Assembly (NCBI GenBank): GCA_002269645.1
Contig: NIVC01000150.1
Coordinates: 744,001 to 808,000 of the forward strand
Length of the DNA: 64,000 bases
Direction: 5' to 3'
DNA from: Macrostomum lignano
Taxonomy: Eukaryota
The notes beneath the pieces are model-generated. The model was not told the DNA's origin, did no database searches, and worked only from the letters and a program-made list of their open reading frames with translations. The position numbers and the translations under genes are program-made. Position 1 is the stretch's first letter; the number at the start of each line of letters is the position of its first letter. Below, piece by piece: positions 38,901 to 49,239 of this stretch.

Positions 38901-41900
38901 GCCGGCTGGGCCAGCCTTCCAGATCCTCAGTTGCTGGGCCACCAGCCTCCCAGATCCTCAGTTACTGGGCCAGCCTCCCAGATCCTCAGTTGCTGGGCCA
39001 GCCTCCCAGATCCTCAGTTGCTGGGCCAGCCTCCCAGATCCCCAGTTGCTGGGCCAGCCTCCCAGATCCTCAGCTGCTGGGCCAGCCTCCCAAATCCTCA
39101 GTTGCTGGGCCAGCCTCCCAGATCCCCAGTTGCTGGGCCAGCATCTCAGATCCCCGGTTCGAGCTCCCCTTCCCCCAATTTCGCCAGCCGCTTTCAGCTG
39201 GCCTCATCCAAGTTGCTAATTGGAATCCCCATAAATCTCCAGTCATTCATAATGAACAATCTGGGACGGCAGCAGCAGCAGCAGCTCTCAGTCAATGAGG
39301 CAACCTACCGGATTGCGTCGCCCAAGCGGTTTTTGAGTTATGCCTATGGAAGCTATGAAGAGTTGGCCCGCTTCCCAAATCCCACATAGGTCTTAACCAG
39401 AATTTCTCTGGGATTCCTACACCTTCATTTCTAATCCTCTCCCGGGAGCGATTCCGTATGCGGGAGATGCCCGTTGCCTTGCTGGTAGGCTGCTTGCTCA
39501 GGCCGCATGCTCAACTAACGCCGAGCTGAGCACATGCTGCAGAAAATCCCCGATTGGTAATAAATTCCGGCTGGGAGGAGGGGTTTGGAGTCGGGTTGGG
39601 GATCGAGTTGGATTCGAGCTCTGGTTCCGCTTTAACATCTCATCTGACCGAGTTGAGCTGGGGTGAGCAACCGCATGTGGTTTATGACTGCCCGCGGTGG
39701 CTGCGGTGGGACTGCGCGGCTCTGGCTTGGCAGGCAAAACTTGGGGGACTGGCTGGCTTGATTAAGAAGTTTCTGGGAATGAAAATAGAATCTAATTTTA
39801 AGCCAAGTTTCTTTCTCAAAATATCTCTCACGGCATGTAGTCACCTCGACAACATTAAAAATCTTATGGCTGACTGTTTTCGAATCTATCAATCTCCATT
39901 CCCACGTCTATCAATCTCCATTCCCACGTCTATCAATCTGCATTCCCGCGTCTATCAATATCCATTCCCATGTCTAGCAATCTCCTCTCCCACGTCTATC
40001 AATCTCCATTCCCATGTCTAGCAATCTCCTCTCCCACGTCTATCAATCTCCATTCCCATGTCTAGCAATCTCCTCTCCCACGTCTATCAATCTCCATTCC
40101 CACGTCTATCAATCTGCATTCCCACGTCTATCAACCTCCATTCCCACGTCTATCAATCTCCATTCCCATGTCTATCAATCTGCATTCCCGCGTCTATCAA
40201 TCTCCATTCCCACGTCTATCAACCTCCATTCCCATGTCTATCAATCTGCATTCCCGCGTCTATCAACCTCCATTCCCACGTCTATCAATCTGCATTCCCA
40301 CGTCTATCAACCTCCATTCCCACGTCTATCAACCTCCATTCCCATGTCTATCAACCTCCATTCCCGCGTCTATCAACCTCCATTCCCACGTCTATCAATC
40401 TGCATTCCCACGTCTATCAACCTCCATTCCCACGTCTATCAACCTCCATTCCCATGTCTATCAACCTCCATTCCCGCGTCTATCAACCTCCATTCCCACG
40501 TCTATCAACCTCCATTCCCACGTCTATCAACCTCCATTCCCACGTCTATCAATATCCATTCCCATGTCTAGCAATCTCCTCTCCCACGTCTATCAATCTC
40601 CATTCCCATGTCTAGCAATCTCCTCTCCCACGTCTATCAATCTCCATTCCCATGTCTAGCAATCTCCTCTCCCACGTCTATCAATCTCCATTCCCATGTC
40701 TATCAACCTCCATTCCCACGTCTATCAACCTCCATTCCCGCGTCTATCAATTTACACTCCCATGTCTCTCAACCTCTGTTCCTCTTTAAAGCAGCGAGTT
40801 ATTCCCTGTCTACATGAACAAAATGAAACAGGGTATTCAGGAATCGATAAAAAAGATCGAAATCAGAAGTACTTTCTCTACGTATTTTACAGAAATCCAC
40901 ACTCGTACCTTAGTGTTGAGAAAGCAACTCAAGTTGCAGAAAAAATCATCACCATAAGCCAATTCCTGACACTTCAGAACGCTCATGCATTCATTCCATT
41001 AGCTAAGTAAATTTAAACTAGACATGTTTCTGGAATCAATGAAAAAAGTCTGAACCACTCTACTTACAGCAGAAAAATAAGATTATTGTCGTCTTTTTAT
41101 GAAAATGCAAAAAATGCGCAAAAACCACGCAGTGCCGCCCGGCCAGCCGGAGATCTCAGCACCGTCATTTCGCGCGCCCGAGGGCGAAGAGCTGGAGCTG
41201 ACCTGCGCCAGCCGCGGCGCCAACCCGCCCGCCACCCTGATCTGGAGCTATGCCAACGGCGCCACTCCTCTAGAGAATGGCGGCGCTATTCAAGTGATTG
41301 TCTCGGTCGGATTCGACAGGACGGAGAGTCGGCTGACTCTGCCAGCCCGAGCGCAAGATGACGGAGCCAGAATTGTCTGCCAGGCTCAGCATCCGCTTAG
41401 CAACATCAGCAGCGCACCTGCTCAGCTTTCAGTGCTGTGTGAGTTGCAGTTTGCTTGAGTCCATGGGCTTGACTGTCTTTCTTAAAGTTTGACCTTCATC
41501 CTTGACCTTCATCCTTGACCTTCATCCTTGACCTTCATCCTTGACCTTCATCCTTGACCTTCATCCTTGACCTTCATCCTTGACCTTCATCCTTGACCTT
41601 AATCCTTGACCTTCATCCTTGACCTTCATCATTGACCTTCATCCTTGACCTTCATCATTGACCTTAATCCTTGACCTTCATCCTTGACCTTAATCCTTGA
41701 CCTTCATCCTTGACCTTCATCCTTGACCTTCATCCCTGACCTTAATTCAAAATTCTACAGACAAGCCGGTGCTGTCCCCAACTGGTTCGGTGTCCGTGAG
41801 GCTCGGCTCACGAGTCCAGTTGACCTGCTCTGCTCGGGGAAACCCGGAGCCGCAGGTGCAACTGAGCAGCGGATCGGAGACTCTGGCTGGTGAGTGCAGA

Positions 41901-44900
41901 TGGGATTATGAGATTGAGTAGAATGGAATAATATGGGATAGGAAGGGATGGAATGGGACGTGACGGGACGGGATGAGACGGGATGGGATGGGATGAGATG
42001 GGATGGGATGGGATGGGATGGGATGAAATGAGATGGGATGGGATGGGATGGGATGGGATCGGATGGGATGGGATGAGATGGGATGGGATGGGATGGGACG
42101 GGATGGGATGGGATGGGATGGGATGGGATAGGATGGGATGGGATAGGATGGGATGGGATGGGTTGGGTTGGGATGGGTTGGGATGGGATGGGATGGGATA
42201 GGATGGGATGGGATAAGATGGGATGGGATGGGTTGGGTTGGGATGGGTTGGAATGGGATGGGATGGGATGGGATGGGATGGGATGGGATGGGATGGGATA
42301 GGATGGGATTGGATGGGATGGGACGGGATGGGATGGGATGGGATGGGATGGGATGGGATGGGATGGGATGGGATGGGATGGGATGGGACGGGATGGGATG
42401 GGATGGGATGGGATGGGATGGGGTGGGATGGGATGGGAGGGGTGGGATAGGATGGGATGGAATTGAATGGGATGAGTAGGGATGGGGTGGGATGGGATGG
42501 GATGGGATGGGGTGGGATGGGATGGGATGGGATGAGATGGGATGGGACGGGATCGGATGAATGAGATGAGATGAGATGGGATGGGATGGGATGAGATGGG
42601 ATGGAATGAGATGAGATGGGACGAAATTAGATGGGATGGGATGGGATCGGATGGGATGGGATGGGATGGGACGGGATGGGATAGGATGGGATGGGATGGG
42701 ATGGGATGGGATGGGATGGGATAGGATGGGATGAGATGGGATGGGATGGGATGGGATGGAATGAGCAATCAACAGCATTCCGCCACCCGGCCCGCAGGCC
42801 CCTCGCCCAGCTCCCTGACGCACAGCCTGTCCGCCAGCAGCAAGTCGGTGTCCGGGGTGTACCGATGCTCCGCCCGGAACTCCCAGGGCCAGTCTGAGCT
42901 CCCGTTTGCTGTCGACGTCCAGTACGGACCGGCCGTGTCCTGCCCCGGCTCGGTGACCGTCCGCGACGGCTCCCGTCTTGAGCTGGACTGCCTAGTGGAT
43001 TCGAACCCGAGACCTAGCTCGGTCACGTGGCGCCGAGTCGGCGGTGAGGACAGCGCCGCCGTCGGCAACTCAGCCAAGCTGGTCATCGAGTCGACGGCTC
43101 GGTCGGACGCCGGCACGTGGCGCTGCAAAGCCGTCAACCGGTTGCTACCCAACAACAGCGTTGCCATGGAGATGAGCGGCTCAGCTGACACAGTGGTCAT
43201 TGTGGAGTACGCGCCAGGGCAGCCCACGGTTACCATTGGCAACCGGCGAGTGCTGAGGGGCGACAACGTGTCACTTGTGTGCCTGGCCAACACAGCTAGT
43301 CCCGGTGAGTGAATGTTAGGCTTCATGTCCTAGTTATATTACTGATAGCGGCATTGCGAGTTTTTAAGTAGAAAAAATTGTTACAATGTTGAAAACTATA
43401 AGGAAAATTTTTAGATCGATTGCAGCTGATACGATGGAGTGGCGTGAGATAAAATGGGATGAGATGGCATGAAATGATCTGAGAGGAAATGAAATGGGAT
43501 GGGGTGAGATGGGATGAAATGATCTGAGAGTAAATGAGATGAGATGGGGTGAGATGGGATGAAATGATCTGAGAGGAAATGAAATGGGATGGGGTGAGAT
43601 GGGATGAAATGATCTGAGAGTAAATGAGATGAGATGGGGTGAGATGGGATGAAATGATCTGAGAGTAAATGAGATGGGATGGGGTGAGATGGGATGAAAT
43701 GATCGGAGAGGAAATGAGATGGGATTTGATGTGATAAGATCAGATCAGATCAGGTGGATCAAATCAAATGAGCTGAGATTAGATGCGATGAAATCAGTTA
43801 AGATAAGATGAGACAGAAAGAAAGTGTCAAGACAAAATCTTATCCCGCCAACCCCGCAGGCATCCCATCGCCAACATTCGAGTGGACTCGATCAGCTTCG
43901 GGCACTTCAATCGGCTACCCCAGACTGGGGCCCAGCCTGACCCTATCCTGGGTGACCCTGCGCGATGCCGGGGTGTACTCATGCACCCCGTTTAACTCAG
44001 CCGGCCGAGGACCTTCGGGCAGCCTGAAGCTGGAGGTTGAGCAGCCGCCAGAATGGCTGGAGACTCAGCCAAGGACGAGACTGACTGAGCAGCTGAGAAC
44101 AGCTTCGGCTGATGAAGCGGTCGAGTTCAGCATCACCTGCACCGCCATTGCGAAGCCGAGGGCTGATATTTTCTGGTACAAGGATGGCCAAGTTGTGGAT
44201 CAGGAGTTCTACTCTGTGAAGAATGAGACCGCCTTTGTTGCGTCCTCCTAGTGAGTGAGACTAGCTGGGTTGGGATTAGCTGAGATGGGATCAGATGAGA
44301 TGGGATCAGTTTGGATGGGATCAGTTTGGGTGGGATCAGCGGGGATGGGATCAGCTGGGATGGGATCAGCTGGGATGGGATCAGCTGGGATGGAATCAGC
44401 TGGGATGGGATCAGCTGGGATGGGATCAGCTGGGATGGGATCAGCTGGGATGGGATCAGCTGGGATGGAATCAGCTGGGATGGGATCAGCTGGGATGGGA
44501 TCAGATGGGATCAGCTGGGATGGGATCTGATGGGATGGGTTCAGCTGGGATGGGATCAGCTGGGATGGGATCAGCTGGGATGGTATCAGCTGGGATGGGA
44601 TCAGCTGGGATAGGATCAGCTGGGATGGGATCAGCTGGGATGGTATCAGCTGGGATGGGATCAGCTGGGATGGTATCAGCTGGGATGGGATCTGATGGGA
44701 TGGGATCTGATGGGATGGGTTCAGCTGGGATGGGATCAGCTGGGATGGGATCAGATGGGATGGGATCAGCTGGGATGGGATCAGCTGGGATGGGATCAGA
44801 TGGGATGGGATCATCTGGGATGGGATCAGCTGGGATGGGATCAGATGGGATCAGCTGGGATGGGATCTGATGGGATGGGTTCAGCTGGGATGGGATCAGA

Positions 44901-47277
44901 TGGGATCAGCTGGGATGGGATCTGATGGGATGGGATCAGCTGGGATGGGATCAGTTGAGCGGGATTTCAAACCAATAATAAAAACTGCAACAGGATGAAT
45001 CCATTGCAACCACCACTGCAGCTACCGCACCAAGAGCAGCCTTGTGTTCCAAGGCGCCAAGCGGACCAGCCGTCTGCGACCCGAGGACAACGGCCGCTAC
45101 CTGTGCGAGGCTAAAAACACCCACGGCAAGGTGCAGTCGACTCAGGAGCTCAACGTTGAGTGTGAGTGCTTGGAATCTTTGAAGAATTTCTAAAAAATTA
45201 ATTAGGATAATTTGTCCACTGTTCTAACCTCACCCGCTGCCTCACCCGCCGCGTCACCCGCCACCTCAACCTCCACCTCACCCGCCACCTCAACCTCCAC
45301 CTCACCCGCCACCTCACTCGCCTCCTCACCCGCCACCTCACCCGCCACCTCACTCGCTGCCTCAACCCACCTCACCCGCCACCTCACCTCCACCTCACCC
45401 GTCACCTCAACCTCCACCTCAACCGCCACCTCAACCTCTACCTCACCCGCCACCTCACTCGCCACCTCAACCTCCACCTCACTCGCCACCTCAACCTCCA
45501 CCTCACTCGCCACCTCACCCGCCACCTCACTCGCCTCCTCACCCGCCACCTCACCCGCCACCTTACTCGCTGCCTCAACCTCCACCTCACCCGCCACCTT
45601 ACCCGCCACCTCAACCCGCCACCTTACCCGCCGCCCCACCCGCCACCTTACCCACCGCCTCACCCGCCCTCTCACCCGCCATCTTACCCGCCGCCTCACC
45701 CGCCAACCCGCTGCAGTCAAGCCGCAGATCGAGGCCGCAGAGTCAACGATCGCGCTACCCCTCGGCGGCGGTGGCTCTGTCAGCCTGAGCTGTCCGGCCA
45801 TCGGACAGCCCACACCGGCCATCATCTGGCTGCTGGACGGAGCCCCGGTAGCCGGCGGCAACCAGACCGCCGACCCGGCCGTGCCCTATGGGTCCGTGAG
45901 CCGGCTGGAGTCGCTCAAGCAGACCGGCCGCTACTCCTGCCGGGCTGAGAACCGCCTTGGCGCTGCTGAGCACACATTCCGACTGGTGCAGCCCACCGTG
46001 CCGGAGGCTCCAACGGATGTCCGGCTTGCGGAACCGGCAGGCTGGGACCACCTGGCGCTGGCCTGGCGACCCGGGTTCGCCGGGGTGTCCGGCGAGGACG
46101 TGCGAAGAGGCCTGCAGTACTGGGTTCAGGTAGGCTGAGAGGCTGGGGTCAGGGTTTGGAGTCAGATAGAGGGTTGTAGCTAAGTGGTTGGAGCATCAGA
46201 AAGGTCGGGGGTTCGATTCCCGATCCCACTCGGACACAATTTGTGTCCTTGAGCAATACATTTGACTCTGCATTGCTTCAGTTCACCCAGCTGTAAATGG
46301 GTGCCAGCATTAGCTGGGGTAATTGAGGTTGTGTGGCGACCCCCCAGTCCTTGGACTGAACAGCCGTACGCAGCCTTTTAGCAATAAATTGGGACTTAAT
46401 TTCAATTATTAAAATTTCTTTTGAATAAATTATTTGATAAATTATTAAAGGCTGCGTACGGCTGTTCAATCCAAAAACTGGGGGGGGGGGGGTCGCCACA
46501 CACAGCCTCAATTACCCCAGCTAATTCTGGCACCCATTTTACAGCTGGTTGAACCGAAGCAATGCAGAGCTAAGTATCTTGCTCAAGGATGCAAATGGTT
46601 CCTAGTGGGTCGAGAGTCGAACCCCCGACCTTCCAGTCATGAGTCCGAGAGTCCGACGCTCTAACCACTAGGCTACAACCCCTAGGGGGGTATGACCTCA
46701 AAGAAAATAGACAAAGGAGGAAGCGAGTGACAAGTACAAAAGTCTCAAATTTCAAATTATTTCCCAACTTATGGTTAAAAGGCTTCAAATAACTTCAGAC
46801 TGCTTCAATAAACTGATAAATGTTAAACCTCTCTGCAGATCCGCCAGAGAGACCGGCAGGACCCCAGCAGAGTCGTGCTGAACTCATCGCAGCGATCGGA
46901 CGCCAACACTCGGTGCAACATCACAGACCTGCTGCCGAACACAAACTACTCATTGAATGTCTACGCTGTCAACAGTCTGGGCCGAGGACCTCCCAGCCAG
47001 TCGCTGGAGGTTCGAACCGCGCACCTGGCCCTGCCGAAGCCCAGCCGAGTTCGAGTCGAAGAGGACGGCGCTCTGAGAATCGCAGCCCTAGGCGGCTACT
47101 GCCTGAAGATCGAGTCCTCCGACGATGGCGGCTCCAGCTGGTCGACGGTGCACGTCTGCCTGGCCTCCGACAAGCCGGAGCTGCCCAACGTCAGCCCTCG
47201 ACTGCTGTACCGGGCCTCGCTGTGTCTGACACACCGACCTGAGGTCTGCGGCCAGGCTGTGCTGTCCTCTGACGGCG
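29230..47277 (+). CDS. Immunoglobulin-superfamily adhesion protein, 7 Ig + 2 FN3 (Echinoid/Fred-like, nephrin-related), partial: join(29230..29568,41133..41438,41761..41889,42798..43304,43860..44250,45022..45161,45717..46129,46839..47277)
   Basis: Eight exons with canonical AG/GT(G/A)AG sites join in one frame (phases 1,1,1,1,2,1,0, flanked by phase 1); 2664 nt = 888 codons without a stop. Seven Ig domains with paired Cys and D-x-G-x-Y-x-C-type motifs are followed by an FN3 (W...[20 protein letters not shown]) and a Cys-containing FN3-like domain. Confidence 0.9.
29586..30067. repeat. Perfect 10-bp repeat (gagtgacaca)
   Basis: About 48 units, starting about 17 nt after the Ig1 donor. Confidence 0.97.
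30888..32612. repeat. 42-bp minisatellite (gaaggaatagaatggattgctaatctagccaacatcactgat) with 44-bp variants
   Basis: About 41 units; includes a 300-bp block duplication. Confidence 0.96.
33545..34445. repeat. 20-bp monomer grading into a 41-bp dimer minisatellite
   Basis: gaatgggtgaatgaggagca changes to gaatgggtgaatgaagggcagaattggtgaatctatgaata. Confidence 0.93.
35455..36050. repeat. (GAGAGT)n hexamer family
   Basis: Read directly. Confidence 0.93.
36380..37830. repeat. 20-bp minisatellite (ttgattattttagcgttggg) with variable-length higher-order units
   Basis: Marker gtttggttccagg at 36571, 36993, 37195, 37377, 37579 and 37801. Confidence 0.94.
38745..39150. repeat. 26-bp minisatellite (cagatcctcagttgctgggccagcctcc), same family as 1-1407
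   Basis: The unit is identical to the short variant of the 1-1407 array. Confidence 0.92.
39885..40770. repeat. 22-bp minisatellite (cgtctatcaatctccattccca)
   Basis: About 40 units. Confidence 0.94.
41133..41438 (+). CDS. IgSF exon, Ig2 (CD80-like C2-set)
   Basis: CGCAG|TG acceptor gives V-PPGQPEI after Ig1; LELTC...PATLIW...[13 protein letters not shown]; donor T|GTGAGT. Confidence 0.9.
41493..41745. repeat. 13-bp minisatellite (ccttgaccttcat)
   Basis: Fills most of intron 41439-41760. Confidence 0.95.
41761..41889 (+). CDS. IgSF exon, first half of Ig3
   Basis: TACAG|AC acceptor; (Y)[30 protein letters not shown]; donor G|GTGAGT. No ORF in the supplied track covers it on the + strand. 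Confidence 0.85.
41925..42765. repeat. (GGGAT)n pentamer
   Basis: Fills intron 41890-42797. Confidence 0.95.
42798..43304 (+). CDS. IgSF exon, end of Ig3, Ig4, start of Ig5
   Basis: CGCAG|GC acceptor (phase 1); [15 protein letters not shown]...VTW...DAGTWRC, APGQP...VSLVC; donor G|GTGAGT. Confidence 0.9.
43435..43800. repeat. GAGAT/GGGAT-based composite repeat
   Basis: Lies in intron 43305-43859. Confidence 0.85.
43860..44250 (+). CDS. IgSF exon, end of Ig5 and start of Ig6
   Basis: CGCAG|GC acceptor; FEW...DAGVYSC, SITC...IFWYKDG; donor TA|GTGAGT (phase 2). Confidence 0.9.
44265..44955. repeat. 15-bp repeat (gggatcagctgggat)
   Basis: Fills intron 44251-45021. Confidence 0.94.
45022..45161 (+). 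CDS. IgSF exon, end of Ig6
   Basis: TGCAG|C acceptor completes TAC; [32 protein letters not shown]...LNVE; donor T|GTGAGT. Absent from the ORF track. Confidence 0.88.
45228..45710. repeat. C-rich 12-bp-based repeat (ctcacccgccac / ctcaacctccac)
   Basis: Fills intron 45162-45716 up to the acceptor. Confidence 0.92.
45717..46129 (+). CDS. IgSF exon, Ig7 and start of FN3-1
   Basis: TGCAG|TC acceptor; VSLSC...IIW...[13 protein letters not shown]...LALAWRPG; donor CAG|GTAGG. Confidence 0.9.
46171..46378 (+). mobile_element. SINE family A, 3'-truncated; left arm of an inverted pair
   Basis: Head, B box and CORE-like segment present; homology ends at cgtacgcagcctt. Confidence 0.82.
46447..46682 (-). 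mobile_element. SINE family A, 3'-truncated; right arm of an inverted pair
   Basis: Reverse-complement copy whose homology also ends at cgtacgcagcctt. Confidence 0.82.
46839..47277 (+). CDS. IgSF exon, end of FN3-1 and Cys-containing FN3-like domain 2
   Basis: TGCAG|ATC acceptor; [23 protein letters not shown], then YCLKIE...W...C...YRASLCL...VCG; donor G|GTGAGT. Confidence 0.88.
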
Positions 47278-47287
47278 GTGAGTGCTT

Positions 47288-47660
47288 GATCATTGGTATT
47301 TTTGATCATTTGTACTTTTAATCATTTGTACTTTTTGATCATTTGTACTTTTGATCATTGGTACTTTTGATCATTGGTACTTTTGATCATTGGTACTTTT
47401 GATCATTTGTACTTTTGATCATTTGTACTTTTGATCATTTGTACTTTTGATCATTTGTACTTTTGATCATTTGTACTTTTGATCATTTGTACTTTTGATC
47501 ATTTGTACTTTTGATCATTTGTACTTTTGATCATTTGTACTTTTGATCATTTGTACTTTTGATCATTTGTACTTTTGATCATTTGTACTTTTGATCATTT
47601 GTACTTTTGATCATTTGTATTTTTGATCATTTGTACTTTTGATCATTTGTACTTTTGATC
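47288..47660. repeat. 16-bp repeat (gatcatttgtactttt)
   Basis: Begins about 10 nt after the donor at 47278. Confidence 0.95.
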
Positions 47661-47689
47661 CTCAATTTGTCACCTTTGATCATTAATTT

Positions 47690-48345
47690 GCCAACTTTGA
47701 TTCTCATAATTGTCCCCTTTGATTCTCATAATTGTCCCTTTGATTCTCATATTGTCCCCTTTGATTCTCATATTGTCCCCTTTGATTTTCATATTGTCCC
47801 CTTTGATTCTCATATTGTCCCCTTTGATTCTCATATTGTCCCCTTCGATTCTCATATTGTCCCCTTTGATTCTCATATTGTCCCCTTCGATTCTCATATT
47901 GTCCCCTTTGATTCTCATGTCCCCTTCGATTCTCATATTTTCCCATTTTGATTTTCATATTGTCCCCTTCGATTTTCATATTGTCCCCTTTGATTCTCAT
48001 ATTGTCCCCTTCGATTCTCATATTGTCCCCTTTGATTCTCATGTCCCCTTCGATTCTCATATTTTCCCATTTTGATTCTCATATTGTCCCCTTCGATTCT
48101 CATATTGTCCCCTTCGATTCTCATATTGTCCCCTTTGATTCTCATATTGTCCCCTTCGATTCTCATATTGTCCCCTTCGATTCTCATATTGTCCCCTTTG
48201 ATTCTCATATTGTCCCCTTTGATTCTCATAATTGTCCCCTTTGATTCTCATATTGTCCCCTTCGATTCTCATATTGTCCCCTTCGATTCTCATATTGTCC
48301 CCTTTGATTCTCATATTGTCCCCTTTGACTCATAATTGTCACCTT
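47690..48345. repeat. 22-bp minisatellite (gattctcatattgtcccctt(t/c))
   Basis: Read directly. Confidence 0.94.
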
Positions 48346-49239
48346 TGATTCTCATGTTTTCACATTTGATTCTCATCTTGTCACCTTCCCATATAACTAA
48401 AAATTTGATTCTCATAATTGTCACATTTGATTCGTCTTGTCACCTTCTTGTCTTGTCATCTTTTATCTATTATTTCAATTCTATTTACGAAAACAATTTC
48501 TTTTTAATCTTTCCCAACCGACTACTCACGGCAGTAGACGAACTCGAAACAATCAATTTACGGTTTGGGTTGCCAGTCTGTCTGGTCGCCTGCAATGACA
48601 AAAAATGAATAGAATTCATTCTGGAACAATTGCAGCCATTGTTCTGTCTCTGAACCAAAGAGGAAGGCTCTTCTCTCTGCCGTGGTTCAGAGAGAAAAAA
48701 AACGTGCAGACAGTCTCTCTGTCTCTTCATCTGCATTTAATTCTCTCTGATGCATTGTTTGCCGAGTTCAGCTCAGGGAGTTGTCCCAGATGAGGTGTTT
48801 TTTACTGGAACTCTGACTCGCTTTGTAGTCAAAGCAATGCTTTTCTCGCAGCAATCTCCCACCGAAATCCGCCCCCCCCTAGAGTCTACCCTGTCATATT
48901 CACATCATTATTGGCATATCTGACCAATATTCTTCTTCTGCAGCTGCTGCAGGCTTCGATCTGAGGCCTACTCTGATATTCTAAGCTGAACACTTCAACT
49001 GAACTCAAGTATTTTAAAATGTCTCAAATTTCTTTAGCCCGATTGAGTCTTCTAGGAAATCGCTAACTTATTCTCTTTGAGCTTCTGGTCTGAGCTGCGG
49101 GTTTTAATTGGGAGCCAGTTTTCAGGGAGGATCGGCTTACTGTAGCGCTTGTTTCATTTTTTATTCTGAGGCTGATTCTGCTGCGAGTGGGACACCTGAG
49201 TCCTCAGGGGTTGGCGCCTGATTCTTCAAAGAGTGGGTG

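Noticed and set aside
42773-42797. Upstream acceptor CAG at 42773-42775 for the Ig3/Ig4 exon
   Set aside because: It is phase 0 and incompatible with the phase-1 donor at 41890; 42798 fits.
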